A stretch of 64,000 bases of DNA from Felis catus (lineage: Eukaryota). Below are positions 1-11,300 of this stretch, in pieces. The first letter of the stretch is position 1. Each line of letters starts with the position of its first letter. Made by a program: the position numbers and the translations under genes. Below the pieces are notes generated by a model. It searched no databases and was not told the DNA's origin. It saw nothing but the letters and a program-made list of their open reading frames with translations. The stretch covers positions 4,712,001-4,776,000 of the forward strand of contig NC_058369.1 in NCBI RefSeq assembly GCF_018350175.1, in the 5' to 3' direction.

Positions 1-149
1 CCACAAACCGGGAGGTGAGATCATGACCTGAGCAGAAGTCGGATCAAAGTCAGAGCCACATAAAAAGGTATGCTCGGAGAGAGCTTGTTTCCAACCTTTC
101 CTGTCCACTCTTTTCCGCCATGGGGAACTATTCTCATTAGTTTTTTGGT

Positions 150-376
150 TTTTTTGTTTTTGTTTTTGTTTTTTTTTTAAGTTTATTCACTTATTTTGAG
201 AGAGTGGGAGAGGAGCAGGGGAGGGGCAGGGAGAGAGGGAGGGGGGAGAATCCCAAGCAGGCTCCACACGTCAGCGCAGAGCCCAGCTTGGGGCCCGAAC
301 TCACAAACTGTGAGATCATGACCCGAGCTGAAATCAAGAGTCGGACACTTAAGCGACTGAACCACCCAGGCGCCCC
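150..376 (-). mobile_element. Can-SINE (tRNA-derived) with TSD tctcattagttttt(t)ggttt
   Basis: Reverse-complement SINEC head GGGGCGCCTGGGTGG, CT-rich body and poly(A) tail. Confidence 0.92.
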
Positions 377-429
377 TCTCATTAGTTTTTGGTTTGTCCC
401 TTTGCTGGTGTTTATTTTGCAAATATGAA

Positions 430-433
<4 letters not shown>

Positions 434-478
<45 letters not shown>
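434..478. repeat. (TG)n microsatellite
   Basis: About 22 units. Confidence 0.95.
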
Positions 479-479
<1 letters not shown>

Positions 480-1231
480 CACAGAGATCCTCCCCACACG
501 AAAATTGGCGTTCTGTACATACTAATCTTCATTTTTAAAAACTTTACAATGTATCTCGAAGATCTTCTATCCGCGTTGACGACTTCCTTGTCCCCTTCTA
601 TAACTAGTATCCGTTGTGTGGTACATCCATTGTTTATTTAGCTGAGTTAGTACTTGTAGGACCACAGACCATAAATCGTGGGACAATTTATTGACAGACA
701 AGAAGCTGTTTGCAGTCTTGTGCCACTCACTACAGTGTCGCACGAAATGACCTTGGCGTGTCATTTCGTATTTTTTGCTAGGATCTTTTCATAGGTTCTT
801 CAGGGTGGGTTTGCTAAAGAGAAACGTGTCCGCCATTTTGCGAGCTGTCACCACACTCTTTTGCATTGCCACCAGCGATAGAGGAAAAGGTCCTTTCCTC
901 ACACCTACAACCAACAGAGGATACTGCCAAACTTCTGGGTGTTCTTCTGACTTGTTAGGTGTGAAACGGCATTTGGGGGTAGTTTGAAATGGGCATTTCT
1001 CTTACTATGAGTGAGATCACACATCTTCCCCAAAGTTTAAGGACCGTTTTAATTTCTTCGGGGTGCTCTTTATCAATCTTTAGCTATCTTTGTTTTAAAA
1101 AGACAGATTGTTGGTCTTTTCTCCTTGATTTCTAGGAACTCTTTATATAGTAGGGCTATTAGCCCCCCACTTTGTCAATTATCTTTTGACCTCACTTTAT
1201 GGTATCTGTTTGCCATGTATAAGTTATTTAA

Positions 1232-1444
1232 ATTTTTTTTAACATTTATGTATCTTTGAGAGACAGAGAGAGATGGAGCATGGGGGGGGGGGGCAGAGAG
1301 AGAGGGAGACACAGAATCGGAAGCAGGCTCCTGGCTCTGAGCTGTCAGCATAGAGCCCGAGGCAGGGCTTGAACTCACAAACCACGAGATTATGACCTGA
1401 GCCAAAGTCAGATGCTCAACCAACTGAGCCACCCAGGCACCCCT
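1232..1444 (-). mobile_element. Can-SINE (feline type)
   Basis: Matches SINEC_Fc-like consensus. Confidence 0.9.
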
Positions 1445-1585
1445 ATTTAAAAATTTTTAAATCATATTTATCAATATTTTGTTATTTCTTCTTAGACTTT
1501 AAGACTCCCCCCCGCCCCCAATCCTAGGCTTATAAGGGGATCCATTCATGGCTTATTTAGCACTTGTATTACCTTATTTATTTTC

Positions 1586-1827
1586 TTTATTTTATTTTAT
1601 TTTTATTTTGTTTTATTTTATTTTTTAATATTAATTTTTGAGAGAGAGAGAGTGTGACAGAAACAGGGCACGAGCAGGGGAGGGGCAGAGAGAGAGGGAA
1701 CTCGAAGCAGGCTCCATGCTCTGAGCTGTCAGCACAGAGCCCAATGCAGGGCTCAAACCCACGGACCATGAGATCATGACCTGAGCCAAAGTCGGATGCT
1801 TAACCGACCAAGCCACCCAGGCACCCC
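1586..1827 (-). mobile_element. Can-SINE (feline type) with (TTTTA)n tail
   Basis: Matches consensus; TSD tgtattaccttattt. Confidence 0.9.
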
Positions 1828-2275
1828 TGTATTACCTTATTTCTTACATTTCTATCTCTGATCCATTTGGGACTCATCTTAGTTTTGGGGATGCGGTAAG
1901 GGTTCAATTTGATCTTTTTCCAAATTGTGATCTAGTTGTCCCAGGGTCATCCGGTTGAAAGCCTGTCCTTTCTCCATTTTGGGGGGATGCCACCCTCACC
2001 ATACAACATTCCACATTATCCTTGGGTTAATTTCTGGATTCCATTTTGTTCCAGGGGTCTGTTTGTGCCCCTGCGCACTGCTGTTTCAGGTATGGTGGCT
2101 TTAATAGGTTTCAGTAGCTGGTGGGGCTGAGTAGTTCCTGTCTCACGCCCACCATCTTGCTGCACTTTGCCTACGTTCTTCTGGCCATTTTCTGCTTGTT
2201 TTTGTATTTGAATGTTAGAATGAACCAATTAGACTAAAAACTATCTTATCATGTTGAAATTATAAACTAATTTGA

Positions 2276-2490
2276 GGGGCGCCTGGGTGGCGCAGTCGGT
2301 TAAGCGTCCGACTTCGGCTCAGGTCATGATCTCACAGTTCATGGGTTCCAGCCCTGTGTCGGGCTCCGTGCTGACAGCTCAGAGCCTGGAGCCTGCTTCA
2401 GATTCTGTGTTTCCCTCTCTCTCTACCCCTCCCCCACTCGTGCTCTGTCTCTCTCTGTCTCAAAAATAAATAAACATTAAAAAAAAAAAA
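2276..2490 (+). mobile_element. Can-SINE (feline type), 18-bp TSD aattataaactaat(t/c)tga
   Basis: Full-length head, body and A-tail. Confidence 0.93.
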
Positions 2491-2671
2491 GCAATTATAA
2501 ACTAATCTGAGAACGCTCACCTCCTTTACGATGTGGTCTTCCTATCCAGGCACATTTATATCTTCCTCTTGTTCAAGTCTCCTTTGAATCATTTAGGAGT
2601 ATTTTGTCCAACTTTTCCTTAGAGGTTGTCCTTAAGACTGCACATTTCTGGAAAAGTTTTGTCTGAGCACT

Positions 2672-2875
2672 TTTTAAAGTTAATGTTTATTTTTGAGGGA
2701 GAGAGAGAGAAACGGAGTGTGAGTGGCAGACAGAGAGGGAGACACAGAATCGGAAGCAGGCTCCAGGCTCAGAGCTGTCAGCACAGAGCCCGACGCGGGG
2801 CTCGAACTCACGAACTGTGAGATCATGACCTGAGCTGAAGTCAGATGCTTAACTGACTGAACCCCCGGGCGCCCC
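2672..2875 (-). mobile_element. Can-SINE (feline type)
   Basis: Matches consensus; TSD ttg(t/c)ctgagca. Confidence 0.9.
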
Positions 2876-4178
2876 TTGCCTGAGCATTTTATATTTCATC
2901 TTGTTGCTGTTGCAAATGGGGCCTTCTTTTCTAACTGGTGATTTTCGTATACACGTGGGCTACAGACTTCCGTGTTAACGCTATATCCTGCTATTTTGTC
3001 AAATTCTCTAAAGTCTACACTAGTTTGTTGATTTTCTTGAGTTTTCCGAAAATATAATCACATCATCTGCAAACAGACATTGTTTTACCCCCTTCTTTCA
3101 AATTCAGGTCTCTCAAATTGATTTCCGTAATCTCATTGCTTTAGCGAACCTTCTTATACCTTACTAGGTCACAGGAGCAAGAGTGGGCAATTTTATTTTG
3201 TTCCCAATTTAGTGCGGAAGCAAGTTTCCATTAAGATCCTGGCTGAAGATATTTATCAATTCCTACCCTCTTAAAGAATCTGGAATGCATGCTGAACTTT
3301 GTTAATTGCCCTTTCTGTGTTTATGAGGATGATCATATGACTTTTCCCTCTGATGTGAATACAATAAATTGTATTGAACCATCCTTGCTTTCCTGGAATG
3401 AGTCCCACTTGGTTTTTGTTTTGTTTTTAATGCACCAGTGGAGTCTATTTTACAAGGAAATTCTGGAGGAACTAGTAGCAGGTAGAGCTCACAGTGGGCG
3501 GCCATGGAGATCTAGGAAGGTCTTCCTGAGACCAGTCAGGGAGGGGAGGGCAGTGGTATGGGCAGTGGTGAGCTGGGGACTCTGCCTTGCCCAGCGAAGT
3601 ATCTGGGCAAAAGGAAGGAAATTGAAGACTGCTTAAATCCATCTTGGAAGGAATATTTCAATTCAAATATCCACCAACCTAGAACTAAGAAACGGTACAT
3701 CCATAGAGCAGAATTCTGTAACAATCAGGAACTTCCTTAATGTGCCGACACGGAGTCATCTTGTGATACGGAGCGAACAGGATTGAAGGCAAATCAGTAT
3801 CTTCACCACTTGTACAAAAAAGGAGGAAAAAGGACATCAGAGCCAATTTGTTTGTATGGTATATGCCTAAAATAACTCCAGACTGAGACACAAGAAACAA
3901 CTCCTGGGAGGCTGAAACCGGGTGGCTGGGGATGGTGAGGAAGCAAGTCTTCACTCTTCCCTGTTAGCGTTGTTTACTGATGAGCTCTGCCAATGTCCTA
4001 CCCATCCAAAAAAATGAACACGTAAAACACATACTTGGAGCTAAAAAAACCAAGATGCACCCAGGGGGGGCCCGCACAATCCTAGACTCCTGATCTCGGG
4101 GTCGGTGGGGTGGGGGGGTTGGTCAGGGAGCCACTGCACCTTGCCTTTTCCTCATCCAGCCCCTTTGTGGGTGCCTAG

Positions 4179-4370
4179 GTGGGCCGGGCCCCAGACCTCA
4201 TCATGTTTGATTGCTCCATGGATGCGATGGTCTGCAGAGTGTGGCATCGGGGCCAGAAGGAGCACCGGGTTCGTGACTGTGAGTCGGCCCTCCGCCAGGG
4301 CCTAGAGACATACGACACCCTGTGCGAGCCAGTCTTGACCTCCTACCAGCAGAACAACCTGCTCCGAAAC
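4179..4370 (+). pseudogene. Adenylate kinase (AK1-like) penultimate exon, LID/C-terminal region; likely inactivated
   Basis: Acceptor gtgcctAG at 4177-4178. The 192-nt phase-0 exon encodes VGRAPDLIMFDCSMDAMVCRVWHRGQKEHRVRDCESALRQGLETYDTLCEPVLTSYQQNNLLRN. It aligns without gaps to recalled AK1 residues 109-172 ([64 protein letters not shown]), about 20/64 identical. The donor reads GCGGGT instead of GT. Confidence 0.85.
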
Positions 4371-4726
4371 GCGGGTACTCCCTGCTTGCCACTCACCCCC
4401 AACCCCCCAGGGGAACAATGCAGGGGTCATGCCAGGGCCCCACATCCTGGACCTCCCTGGGCCTGTTTCCCCAGCGTGTACTCTGGGACTTTCATTTCTT
4501 CCACTGGGCAGTAATAAGCACAGGCCGTGGCCTTCCAGCTATGACGTTTCGGTCTAAACAGAGTGACTGTCTCCAGAACTGCAACATTAAATACATTTTA
4601 GAATGTATCTACAAAACCTAGGATTATGACAACCCGTTAACCACATTAACCGTGGCTCAACTCCTATCCAGCCATATATATTCTTGGGGCAGGGGGGTGG
4701 GGGTGGGGAGCAGGGATATTTTAATT

Positions 4727-4929
4727 CTTTTTTTAATGTTTATTTATCTTAGAGAAAGAGAGCACAAGCAGGGGAGGGGCAGAGAGAGAGGGAGACACAG
4801 AACCCGAAGCAGGCTCCAGCCTCCGAACTGTCAGCACAGAGCCGGATGCAGGGCTTGAACTCACAGACTGTGAGATGGTGACCTGAGCTGAGGCCAGAAG
4901 CTCAACCGACAGAGCCACCCAGGCACCCC
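4727..4929 (-). mobile_element. Can-SINE in the last intron of the AK-like gene, 15-bp TSD agggatattttaatt
   Basis: Perfect TSD at 4712-4726 and 4930-4944. Confidence 0.93.
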
Positions 4930-5357
4930 AGGGATATTTTAATTATTAAAGTGACCCACCCAGTTTCTCTCCGGTGGAAGGTAGGAGTGCTGCAGAGCCT
5001 AAGATGAAGCGCCCTGTGCAACCGGCTCTCACCGCCGAGGGTGGGATGCGAGGGCAGCAGCCTGGAGGAGGCAGTTCCCCCACACCATCCTCCCTCCCGA
5101 GGCCTGCTCCAGGGGACAGGGTCTCCACCGGGCTCGGGTGGCCGAGTGGCCAGCTGTGATACGGAACGCTGTGTTGCAGCCTTCCTGACTGACCCACTTC
5201 CCTCTTCTGTCACTCGCATGGCTCTGGCATCACACCTCCCGATCCTCTGTGGGCTCTTAGTGAAGAGGCCTGCTAACCTGCTTCCGCCTCAGTGGAGGGG
5301 TGGAGGACAGGGTCCCTGCTGCCACTCAGAACTGACCTCTTGCTCCCCCTCTTCTAG

Positions 5358-5425
5358 ATCTTGGCAGAAGCAGCTCCAGAAGACATTCTGCCCAGTGCTG
5401 CTCTGTCACTGAAAGGCTGCAGTGA
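5358..5425 (+). pseudogene. Adenylate kinase (AK1-like) terminal exon with apparent 1-bp deletion
   Basis: Polypyrimidine tract plus ttctAG at 5356-5357. Reads ILAEAAPEDI, then in a shifted frame AQCCSVTERLQ-TGA (5423-5425). Length is 68 nt versus 69 nt for the recalled AK1 last exon [22 protein letters not shown]. Confidence 0.75.
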
Positions 5426-6264
5426 CGGGAGGGGCTGGGGGCTCTTGCTTCTCCCCTCATCCCAGAGGCCACACAGGGCTCAGAAGGGGTGCAGGGCCTG
5501 TGAGGTAAGAGACCTGGTGACAGGAGGCCAGGCTTTAACCCAAGCTGACTCCCCAGGAGACCCCAGACTGACAGCCCCTTTCTGGGCCAAGGCAGCACGA
5601 GGGTGGGCTGATTGGGGGCCACCACCCACAGGGGTAGGTTCCTAACAAATCTGGATGAGGCCCTGGGGGGGCTGTGAGCTGTTGAGGGCTCCAGTGGTGC
5701 TGCCCTTGGGGCCTCTGGATCCTGAATGGGAAACCGCATCTGTGTTAGCATCCAACTAGACACTCAAAAGGCACCCTACAGCCATCTAGTATGTCTCAAG
5801 ATGGGTACCCCTGGGCCAGACAGCTCAGATGGCCCCTCAGCTCACTCTCCCATCTCCCGTCCTCATCCTTGGGAGGCCACGGCCGCACACCAAGCACTGG
5901 AACTCGGGCCATTTCCCTTCACAGCCCAGGTTTCCGCCTGGGGGGACGCTGACAGACTAGGACCCAGCCAGGTGCGCATCAAGGCGGGGGGGGGGGGGGG
6001 GGGGACGACGACTCCCGAGAGGCACAGCCATGGGTTTGCTGTGCTGGCGGGCTGCATCCATGGAAACACCTGTCCCCAGGGACCCTCCCGGGTGCCTTGC
6101 TCCCCATGTTCCCAGAGGGAACCGGGCTCAACCTGCTATTGCCCTTTCTGCAAGGCAACCCAAGAAGGGCAGTCTTCGGGGGGCCCACACCCCACTCTTA
6201 GAGGCCAACCCCTGTTTCTCTTCAACTTGTTTCCTCTACAAACACAACTGCGGCCAGCACGCAG

Positions 6265-7213
6265 TTTTTAGACAAAAAGCACTTTATTTAACCAAAAAAA
6301 GGGGAGGGGGTTAGGAAAGCACAATGCGCCTGCAGAAAACTATTTTTTCTTATAATTCTTTTTCTTTAAAAAAAAAAAAAAGAAAGAAAGAAAGAAAGAA
6401 AGAAAGAAAAAACACAACACAAAGCTTGTAATTTCCAATCACCATTATCAGGCTTTTACAACATCTATAAAGAACGAACAAACATCTGCTTCAAAACTCT
6501 ACAGGGGGAGAGAGGAGAGAAAGAGACGGCACCCAGCAGACACGGGGAGGTTTTGTTATCATTTATTTGTGAAGTTAAAAACGAGCGATAAAAAGTAAAA
6601 ACTGCCATACAATTTTTTGTTTTGTTCTCAATTTGTTTTCAGTTTCAATGTCCTCTTGAACAGTTGAAACACAAGACCAGTCCCGGGAGGGGGGGTGGGG
6701 TGGGAGGGGGGCGGCGGGAGGGGCTGCAGGGGAGCCGAGCGAGGCGGGAGGAAAGAGGAGGAGCAGAGGCCGAGGGGCTCGACTGAGGGGGGAGAAGGGG
6801 GGGTCCTGAAATAGCAACACCTGGTCCAAGGAATGTTCCAACTCTAACTAAAAAAAAGAAATAGCAAGAGTGACTTTTTTTCCTTTTTAAAAGTTTATTT
6901 TAAAAACACGAAGAGGGCCAAGGGTGGTAGGAAGAAAATGAATTGCTTTCCCCTGAAAGAGGCAGTTTCAGGAAGGGATAGAGATTTTTATATATATATA
7001 TATAATTTTATAGGTTTTGTTTGCTTTTTGTGTTTTTTATATTTAAATTTTTTTTTTTTTTTGGCAGAGATTTAATTCTATCTTCTATGGCTGGCTCAAC
7101 ATGAAAGATCCCAATTTTGAAAGAAAAAAAGCATGAGACACACAGAATGAGCGAGAGAGTGAGAGCCCAGCATCGCCTGGGGCATGACCTCCAAGCCACT
7201 CACAGCGAGGGCG
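6265..7213 (-). other. KHSRP: KHSRP distal 3' UTR with U-rich tracts
   Basis: Non-TE A-rich (+)/U-rich (mRNA) sequence resembling the recalled human KHSRP 3' UTR (e.g. TTTCAAAATTGGGATC...TAAATCTCTGCCAAAA). Confidence 0.8.
6283..6288 (-). terminator. KHSRP distal poly(A) signal AATAAA (further copies at 6562-6567 and 6894-6899)
   Basis: TTTATT on +, with GU-rich downstream sequence on the minus strand (about 6240-6260). Confidence 0.75.
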
Positions 7214-8378
7214 NNNNNNNNNNNNNNNNNNNNNNNNNNNNNNNNNNNNNNNNNNNNNNNNNNNNNNNNNNNNNNNNNNNNNNNNNNNNNNNNNNNNNNN
7301 NNNNNNNNNNNNNNNNNNNNNNNNNNNNNNNNNNNNNNNNNNNNNNNNNNNNNNNNNNNNNNNNNNNNNNNNNNNNNNNNNNNNNNNNNNNNNNNNNNNN
7401 NNNNNNNNGGGGAGGGGAGGAAGGGGCGGGAGACTGGGGGGGACGGTGGCGAGGAGGGGGCCAGGAAGCCCCTCCCCTGAACCTGTGGCGAGCTGTAACT
7501 GTCTAGGCAAGTGCTCCGGGGAACTCGGCCGAAGTCAGACTGGCTCCTTGATGGAGGAGGAGGAGGAGGAGGAGAAAGAGTGACGTAAAGACCAGGAGGA
7601 GAGAAGCGGGGTGGGGGGAGCCGCAGAGACAGAGCGGGGGGGGGGGGGGGGGAGAGAAGGAGAGAAGCGCGCTTGGGGTTTGGGAGGGAGGAGGGGTGCC
7701 CTCTGTCCTCAGGAAGGCAGGTGCTCCGGCGCATCACAACATGACAATGTCAGAGATCACGGTGTCCCCACAACACCCCTGTGAGGTAGGTTGGAAGGTG
7801 GCGGCGATCGTCATGCCCACTTCACAGACAAAACCGGGACACAGAGGCAGGCGCGAGAGCGGAGGAGGCAGAGCCCGGGGAGGGGGGCGGAGAAGGGGGT
7901 GCGGGGGGGGGGGCCCTGGGGCCGGCCCCCTTGGCAAGCTCCCCGAGTCCCAGCAGAGCCAGGGCTGACCCGCGCGGGGGCCGCCTGCAACACACAGTCA
8001 CTTGGACACGGGGGAAAGACCGTGGGGTTAAAAATAAAAGAATGCCAGGAACAAAACCCAAAAAAGTAACGCGGAGAGGGGAAAACACATCCGTTTTCTT
8101 CCCGAGTGGCCAGATTTTGAGTGAGCGAGCGAGCAGCCAGGATGGCGACCGACGTCTGTGCCGCTGGCCTGCCCCCCCACCCCCAGGACTACCCACCAGT
8201 TCAACAGTTCCACCTTGTATTGGTTTCGCGCTCTCCCCCAGCATCGCGACAGCGTGACACAGGAACAAGCGGGCCGGCGCAGGGAGGCCTCTTCGTTTAA
8301 CCTCTGGACCCAGCGCACACTTCCCCAGCTCGTGGGGACTCCCGGAGACCTCTGGCCACACGGCCCCCGCTGCAGGCA

Positions 8379-11300
8379 TCAAGGACACACCCCGNNNNNN
8401 NNNNNNNNNNNNNNNNNNNNNNNNNNNNNNNNNNNNNNNNNNNNNNNNNNNNNNNNNNNNNNNNNNNNNNNNNNNNNNNNNNNNNNNNNNNNNNNNNNNN
8501 NNNNNNNNNNNNNNNNNNNNNNNNNNTGGGGGCCGCCGGGACCTGGAGTCTGTCCGTAGTAAGCGGCCTGCTGTCTGTAATATTCAGCCCAGGCGGCACT
8601 GTAGTCTGGCTGGGAGCCTGGGGGAGCTCCCGGACCCCCTCCGGTGGCCACTTGAGCTGCGGGCAAGCAGAGGGTGAGCGAGTGAGGCCAGGAGCCGGAG
8701 GACCTGGACCCAGCGCTGCCCCGCCCCCAGAGCCCCCAGCAGCTCACCCTGCTTCTTGTAGTACTCCTCCCAGGCCTTCGTGTAGTCCTGTTGTGGCGGT
8801 GCTCCGGGCTGCTGGGGCTGCTGGCCTGCAGGAGGGAGGCGGCGGGAGGTCAGAGGACGGACGGCACCGGGACCTGGCTGCCTCTCACCAGCCTCCGGCC
8901 TGAGCCCCCGAGGTCGCCCGCACACTCACCAATCTTCTTGTAATACTCTTCCCAGGCCTTAGTGTAGTCCGACTGGCCGGCGGGTGGGGGCTGAGGGGGC
9001 TCCCCCTGGGCAGGTGGGGCCGCGGGGGCTGGCGCAGGGCCGGGCACGGGGCCTGGGGGCTGCTGGTAGTAGTGTGAGTAGTAGGCGGCCCAGGCGGCAT
9101 TGGGGTCTGCGGCGGCTGCAGCTTTATCTGTGGGAGGGTGGCGTGGGCTGAGGGGCGGTGCGGGAGGCCAGCCCTGCCCTCCCCACCGGGGCAGCCACGC
9201 CCTGCCCTGCCCCTCATCTGGGCAGCCTACTTACTTGGGTCGTGAGGAGCAGGTGGCTGCCACTGGGGGTAGGTATTGCCCCAGCCCTGGGGTGGGTACT
9301 GGTGAGGAGGCGGCCCCCCCGCACTGCAGGACAGAGAAGGGGCGACGGGTGAGCCGGGACTGTCGCTCCACGGGGGCAGGCCCGGCTGGCAGGAAAGGGG
9401 CCCAGGCCTGGCCACAGGCTCCTCGCCCAGGAAAAGGCGAGACGATCAATGCCAAAAGAGACACACTGTGCTGCTCTGGGATGTGAAAGTCCCCCAAATA
9501 CAACGTCCATGAGTTTGCCCGTTAGGTGGGAGACTACGGTCAACATCTGTGCTGTCTATGGAACAGGAGGCTGGGCTGGGCCGTGCCTAGGGCCGAGACC
9601 ATTAGCACATCTTGATGTGAGTGAAAACGGGGCCCGTGGCTCTTCCTGCCAGCACAGCAGCCCCTGAGCCCCAAATCCCAGGAGGCGGAGACCAATACTC
9701 ACTGCGGGGGAGCCCCAGGTGGCCCCTGGTTGAAAGGCCCGGGGTTGAAGGGCCCCATGGGGCCGGCAGGGCCTGGTCCCCCTGGGCCTGGTCCAACTGG
9801 GCAGAGGGGGCCCTGGAGGAAGGAGAAGCAGATGGTCAGTGGAAGGAAGGGGGGGGCGGTTGAGAAACAGGAGCCGGGTCCAGGCTCTAAGAAGCCCTCC
9901 CGAGCCCACCTCAATCTTTTCCTCAATGAGCTGTTTGGCGTGGTCAATCTGTTGGGGTGAGCCCCGGATGATGAACAATTTGAAATTGGGGTCCCCGTTG
10001 GGCGGCAGCTGCCGGGAGATCTCCACAAAGGCGCCTGTCTGCTGGTTTATGGCTTTCACATTTTCGCCACCTGTGGGAGCCACAGGCAGTGAAGGGCGGG
10101 CAGGAGAGGGCAGGAGAGGAGTGGAGTGCATGTGGGGCGCAGGTGGGGCCTACTCACCTCGGCCGATGACCAGCCCACACTTGTGAGTGGGGATGGAGAA
10201 GGTCATCTCTCCACCAGGGGGGCCCCAGTTGCCTTGGCCCCTTCCTCGCCCCCGGCCCCCCGGGGGCATGCCAGGACCCCCTGGAGGGCCTGGGGGTCCA
10301 CTCTGCAAGACAGGGAGGAGAGGGAGTGAACACAGAAAGCCAGCCTGGCCCCTGGACTCCTCTGGTGGGGCCGGGCCAGCCCCCCTCTGCACCCACCAGC
10401 TGTTGGCCGCACATCCCAGTGTCACCTACCCTGAGGCTCTGGAGGAGATCATTGATGATCCGTGCTGCGTGCTCACACCGGTCTGGGGGCCCCATTATGT
10501 GAGCTATCTTCTCGGGACCTGTCCCATCATCTGAAGCCGGCACCCACAGAACAGAGATGGATTTTAAGGAAAAGCACAACGCCAAGCCCCCATAACACCG
10601 CCTCTGCGAGGTAGACATCATGCCAAGCCAGGTGTCAGAAATATCTCGGGCTCAAACTGCCGCTCACCACGCTCCCAAGTATTGAGGAGCGGGCGGGAAA
10701 TGCCGGTGGGCCCACATTTCCAGATGAGAAAACCGACCACTGAGGACAGGGTGGCAGCCGAGGCTTCTTCCTGTTTAGGGCACCCCAGGACTAATAGGTG
10801 CCTTTTACTGAGCTAAAAAGGACAATAGACCTCTGAAAGGCAACAGAGCAATCCTTCCTCCCCACAGGCCTGCCACTTGGGAGACTGAGCTGGGGCAGTG
10901 ATCTGATCTGGTCCAGGCTGCCCCCAGTCAGGATGGGCTACGTGGTAGGGAAGAGGAAAAGGGACAGATCGGGTGACAGAAGACATCGCCTTTGGACTTC
11001 AGAAATGTGTTGGGAAGTGTGTCCCTCAGCAACTCTCTCACATGGCTGTGCCCTCTTCCACTGTGGCGAAGGAGGCACCACAAGGAGGTCCCAAACTCAA
11101 CAAGGTTCACACCGCAGTACCAAGGCATCTCAGCGGACTCTCGGAAGAATCCCTAGGACACAGCTGGTGGCACAGTCACCCTCCAGCCAACTCATCTGTT
11201 CGGCGAAGCCCCTGACCTTGCTTAAACTGTATCCGCACGCCAGCATCATTCTGGATCTTCTTGATCATCTCTCCGCTCCGGCCAATAACCACCCCGACAG

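Larger units (their letters stand above)
500..3450 (-). mobile_element. Old L1 (L1M-type) fragments interrupted by Can-SINEs
   Basis: T-rich sequence with L1 antisense signatures (gtgtgaaacggcattt...gcatttctct; catcatctgcaaacagacattgttttac). Confidence 0.7.

Noticed and set aside
183-2820. Many 60-110-aa ORFs of the type ...WVAQSVKRPTSAQVMISQF... (also near 21900, 28200, 57150, 59850)
   Set aside because: Translations of Can-SINE sequence and microsatellites, not genes.
3289-3636. 115-aa ORF tested as an upstream exon of the AK-like gene
   Set aside because: No FLIDG(F/Y)PR or P-loop similarity; it starts in L1-derived sequence.
5726-6271. 181-aa ATG ORF on + between the AK-like remnant and KHSRP
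   Set aside because: GC-rich, crosses a poly-G run, and has no recognisable domain or splice structure.
9324-9900. Possible intronic miRNA (I recall human MIR3940 lying in a KHSRP intron)
   Set aside because: No convincing hairpin identified by eye, and no support for conservation in carnivores.
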